A stretch of 37,965 nucleotides of DNA, taken from Bigelowiella natans CCMP2755. Taxonomy: Eukaryota; Protista; Cercozoa. This document shows, one piece after another, positions 34,380 to 37,965 of the stretch. The notes under the pieces were generated by a model. The model saw only the letters and a list, made by a program, of their open reading frames with translations. It did not search any database and was not told where the DNA came from. The stretch covers positions 1 through 37,965 of the forward strand of contig ADNK01000420.1 of assembly GCA_000320545.1 (NCBI GenBank), in the 5' to 3' direction. Each line of letters opens with the position of its first letter. The first letter of the stretch is position 1. The position numbers were made by a program, and so were the translations under genes.

Positions 34380-35050
34380 ACAAACCTGCAAGCATGCATG
34401 CTGGCACTCTAGCACTGGCATGCTAGCATGGCGCATCTGAGTGTTATGGCATGTATGTACGGCACAAACGCCTCATGCTAGCATGCTTTGTGGCCTACCT
34501 GCCTGCGCTAATCGATCGATCTAGCAATCATGCTAGCATGCTCAGCGTGACTAGATGAGGCATATCTAGCAGCTATACAGCAAGAAACAACGAGTTGACT
34601 CATGCTCAAAAGAAGATCGATGGTTAGAAGCCACATGCTTCTTATATAGTTATTCTAGTTCTTTTAATTTAGCTGCATTAGCGCGGCGGCGCGGCATTTC
34701 TCTTATATTATCATGTGTTACATGACCACGCCATCGCCTATGCTAGACCATGATGATCGACGCATATATAGCTAACGCTTACTAGCTTACGATCTAGCGA
34801 TAGCTGCTGACCATCAGCATATGTGCAGCTTATACATTCATAATGTATATATATATATTTATATATCCAGATGCGACAAAGGAAACAAATAGTTACAATT
34901 TAAGCGCTGTAGCCGCTGCATTGCATAGCTAGATAGCTACATTAGGATGACAATTGAAAAAATTCAAACATTTCATTACATCCGTCTTATATATCCAGAT
35001 GCTATGGCTGCGAAAGCGGGGCCTACTAGCCTAGTATCGCATCATCTTGC
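34380..35050. other. Intergenic CTAG/CATG palindrome-rich island between convergent RAB8 and EMC7
   Basis: At least 14 CTAG in ~660 bp; three copies of CATGCTAGCATG at 34419, 34474 and 34529. Confidence 0.7.
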
Positions 35051-35165
35051 ACTGTGCCATTAGACATTTAAAGTAATAATGATATTAAACACATATCTCC
35101 ATAATTAAAAAAGATATTGTCGTTGACATTGTTGCTGCTCTGACCGAGCTGCTTTTGTCATTTGA

Positions 35166-36212
35166 TTATGAGCTCGTTCTCACATTTCCAGGCCGTGCAG
35201 CTGCATGGTTCACTCTACCTCCACCTGCCCCTCTGCCATTGGCTTCCTGTTGAGCAGCTGCTTGCATCTTCTTTAGTTCCTCAGGGTCTAGAAAATATAA
35301 GGGTTTGCGTGATTATACAGACGATATAGTGCAGGAAGTGTGATGTTTTGAGGAAGAATAACAAAAATAACATATATCATACCAATAAATCTTGTGAGCA
35401 GCATCACCAACATCATAGCCCCCATCATCAACGCCATTGGGTTTTTGAGTAAGTTCAAAGGATTGAAGGCCTTATGCACCTGTACAATGTTGATAAATTA
35501 TATTAGCACAAACGTATGGTTTGCGAGAATTTGAGAGACAAAATGAATAGTACCTCAAAATACTGAGTTTTCCCTATTGGTCGAAGGCTAAGCGGATATT
35601 GGATACGTTCTTTCCTCTTCATGGGATCTGCAGTCATTGCGCGCACCTAATTGTCAGTCCCAATTTACTGAGAATGTTACTTAACCGTTGCATGATTTTA
35701 TTCTTCCCAAATTACTCCAACTTACTACCTTTCCTTTGTCACGACCGCTTATATCTACTCGCACCTGGATAAATTCCAATCAGAACACATCACCCGCATA
35801 ATCTTTACGGAAATTACTACCGGCGAAAACTCATAGTCCGTGCTTTGAATCTCCATGTAATATGTCCCAGGGCTAAGACCGGAACTGCATGGCAATTCAA
35901 ACATTTGTTACGTGTGTCATTTCAGCAGGATGGGTACAAGTTTTATTGCTTATCTGTCAATTTACATGATGAATTTTCCATTTGACTGGGGGATTCCCAC
36001 GTATTTTCCGCCATTCAGCGTGAGACGCACGTTGTTGGGCTTCGAATTCCCTGAAATAAAGTCACATTTGATGACGACTGCGGCACTTGGCAATCAATCT
36101 TGAATGAAGAATTACTTGGAAGTAGAATTGTTCCTTTTATCGAATACACATCAGCATTCGGCGAGGCCGTCCAGGAGAGCAGCGCCAGAGTTAAAAGGCT
36201 GCCCAGAACCAT
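35166..36212 (-). CDS. EMC7: ER membrane protein complex subunit 7, 7 exons
   Basis: Signal peptide MVLGSLLTLALLSWTA; beta-sandwich VRLTLNGGKYVGIPQSNGKFIISGLSPGTYYMEIQSTDYEFSPVRVDIS; YPLSLRPIGKTQYFEVHKAFNPLNLLKNPMALMMGAMMLVMLL...DPEELKKMQ; stop TAA 35168-35166. Confidence 0.93.
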
Positions 36213-36442
36213 TTGTATGTATGATGTTCTAAACGAAGAAGAGGGGGAGAGGAGCTGGGAGAGAGTCTGGCCGCCGACAACACTCGCAACAACTTTACAA
36301 CAACTCCGTACTGATCCCGTCGTCATTTTGCAAAAGGCCTGCATTCATGACCTACGATTTGGAAAATACCGGTAAAATCATCAAAAAACACCAGTACTAC
36401 AACAACAACTCCAAGCGCTTTACCTATCTGGCAGCCGTCGGA
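36213..36442. promoter_or_regulatory. Short bidirectional promoter between EMC7 and the NAD(P)-binding gene
   Basis: Head-to-head ATGs at 36212 (-) and 36443 (+), 230 bp apart. Confidence 0.55.
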
Positions 36443-37649
36443 ATGAGGTCGTTGCATCGTCGCTCGACTCCCCATCGTCGAGCCCGGGTAGGCACGTGTG
36501 TCTCCCTGACCGCAGTTGGAATTATCGTGTGGTTTGCATCCTTGCAACCCCTCACCGAGCCTGTACAATCCTCTGTTTCGAGCTCTCTCACGCGAGTAAA
36601 CGGTGTCAGCCCCTCCCTGGCTCCTCTGCACAGGTTGACCTGGAACGAGAGATGAAGTCCAAATTGCGTATTACAGACATGTGTGAAAATATGTACGGCA
36701 GATTCAGACGAGTTGGTCCTCTTTCTCCTTCCACTATAGTCGTCGTACATGCTCTCTCCGATGACGTGCAGAAGCAGGTACGATGATGCCCCGTAGACAC
36801 TTCAAAGCTACGCTCGAGAAAATCGTATTTTCCGAATTAACCCCCCCCCCCCCCCTCCAACCCCCTGAAAATCATAAAGATGCGTGGCTTGTCCAAAGGA
36901 AAGAAACGAAAAGGGAGGAAAGCAGGAAAACGTTCTTCGGCTGACTCGCAAGAAGGAGAAAAGGAGATGTCTTCGGCGGAGAAAGAAGCCTCTTCCTCGA
37001 CTACGAGTCTCGCACCCGACGAAAAAATAGTAAAACTAGAAACTTCTGCACAAGGTGTAATGAATGTCATCTAATTTGGTGAAACACGAACAGCTGGCGA
37101 TACTCTCTCAAGTAGCACATACATTACACCACGAAGTATTTTGCTGACAGTCTTATGACACCGATGATGCTTTTTGTCTGCTATGGCACTGTCGCAGGAT
37201 ATGTTTTGTTGATGACTTCGCTTTAGTTTTTGAACCCAATAGTTTTAGACTGTATTCTAATTGTTTGTGTGTCTTTATTACCTCGCCGCTCTGTAGAACC
37301 TTCTCTCAAAGAGAGTGCGAAGAATGATGAAATTGTTCAGGCAATAAGCGGTAAACAGTTACATAGCTTGATTAGGCTAATTCGCAACATTAAATATAAA
37401 TATGATATATTTTCAATCTTTCTCGATTAAAATCTCTGGGTACATGACGACGTGAATGCGTCAATCAGATCCTGTTTCTCCTCCTCCTGTTGTGACGGTC
37501 ATCGGAGCCACTGGAGGAGTTGGTAAAGAATGTGTTAGGTAATATACGTCGTTGTTCACTCCTTTAACACTACACGTCTAACCGTTTATCAAGTGATATG
37601 TTGTCTATTTTACCTTGTGGCAAGGCTAATGGCCTTCATATAAGAGAGG

Positions 37650-37687
<38 letters not shown>

Positions 37688-37913
37688 CAATCGCGCAATG
37701 GTTATTTATTTTAAAAAGAACCATCAAAGCTGTTTTGTGAAATAATAATAACTTCTTTTCGTCGTCCTCCTCCTCCTCCTCTTCCTCTCCCGGTAGATTG
37801 TTGAAGGGATCCCCAGGCAAGTTTAGGGTCAAGGCCATCGTCCGAAACAAATTCGGTTAGATATGAAATATGACAACCCATGGGCAATGTACACACACAC
37901 ACACACCACACAC

Positions 37914-37960
<47 letters not shown>

Positions 37961-37965
37961 TTGTG
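36443..37965 (+). CDS. NAD(P)-binding Rossmann-fold protein (atypical SDR / Tic62-NmrA-like) with bipartite plastid-type leader; truncated by the window end
   Basis: Leader MRSLHRRSTPHRRARVGTCVSLTAVGIIVWFASLQPLTEPVQSSVSSSLTRVNGVSPSLAPLHRFRRVG. Later exons give PVVTVIGATGGVGKECVRRLLKGSPGKFRVKAIVRNK (GATGxxG motif followed by VxAxVR). Confidence 0.8.

Noticed and set aside
34419-34540. CRISPR array call for the 55-bp periodic palindrome
   Set aside because: Repeats are only 12 bp with three copies, there are no cas genes and the context is eukaryotic. Kept only as a periodic-motif finding.
4197-37965. Functional gene cluster linking the sulfate-activation fusion with neighbours (Rab8, EMC7, Nup85, RsmE)
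   Set aside because: Neighbours are unrelated housekeeping genes. No sulfotransferase, APS reductase or transporter is in the window, and eukaryotic adjacency alone is not evidence.

Overview
Gene-dense, intron-rich eukaryotic nuclear DNA with GT-AG introns and microsatellite-filled distal introns. The targeting presequences suggest an alga with a complex plastid, possibly a chlorarachniophyte (inference). By manual exon stitching I find eight genes. (1) An uncharacterised minus-strand multi-exon gene with an RRM-like segment, running off the left edge. (2) A mitochondrion-targeted RsmE rRNA methyltransferase. (3) A two-TM, coiled-coil, double-PDZ protein. (4) A 13.6-kb minus-strand gene of 43 exons (about 1384 aa). 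(5) Nup85. (6) A Rab8-like GTPase. (7) EMC7. (8) A bipartite-leader NAD(P)-binding Rossmann protein running off the right edge. Gene 4 is the main result: a signal-anchored sulfate-activation fusion with the order N-tail, TM, acidic stem, catalytically dead APS-kinase domain, ATP sulfurylase, intact family I pyrophosphatase, and a ~300-aa acidic/Ser tail. It looks like a PAPS-synthase-type triple fusion rerouted into the secretory or periplastid system and stripped of kinase activity. A second, non-coding signal: every intergenic region following a gene's 3' end holds an island that is TpA-depleted and/or rich in CTAG/CATG palindromes, suggesting local TpA-directed A:T->G:C hypermutation.
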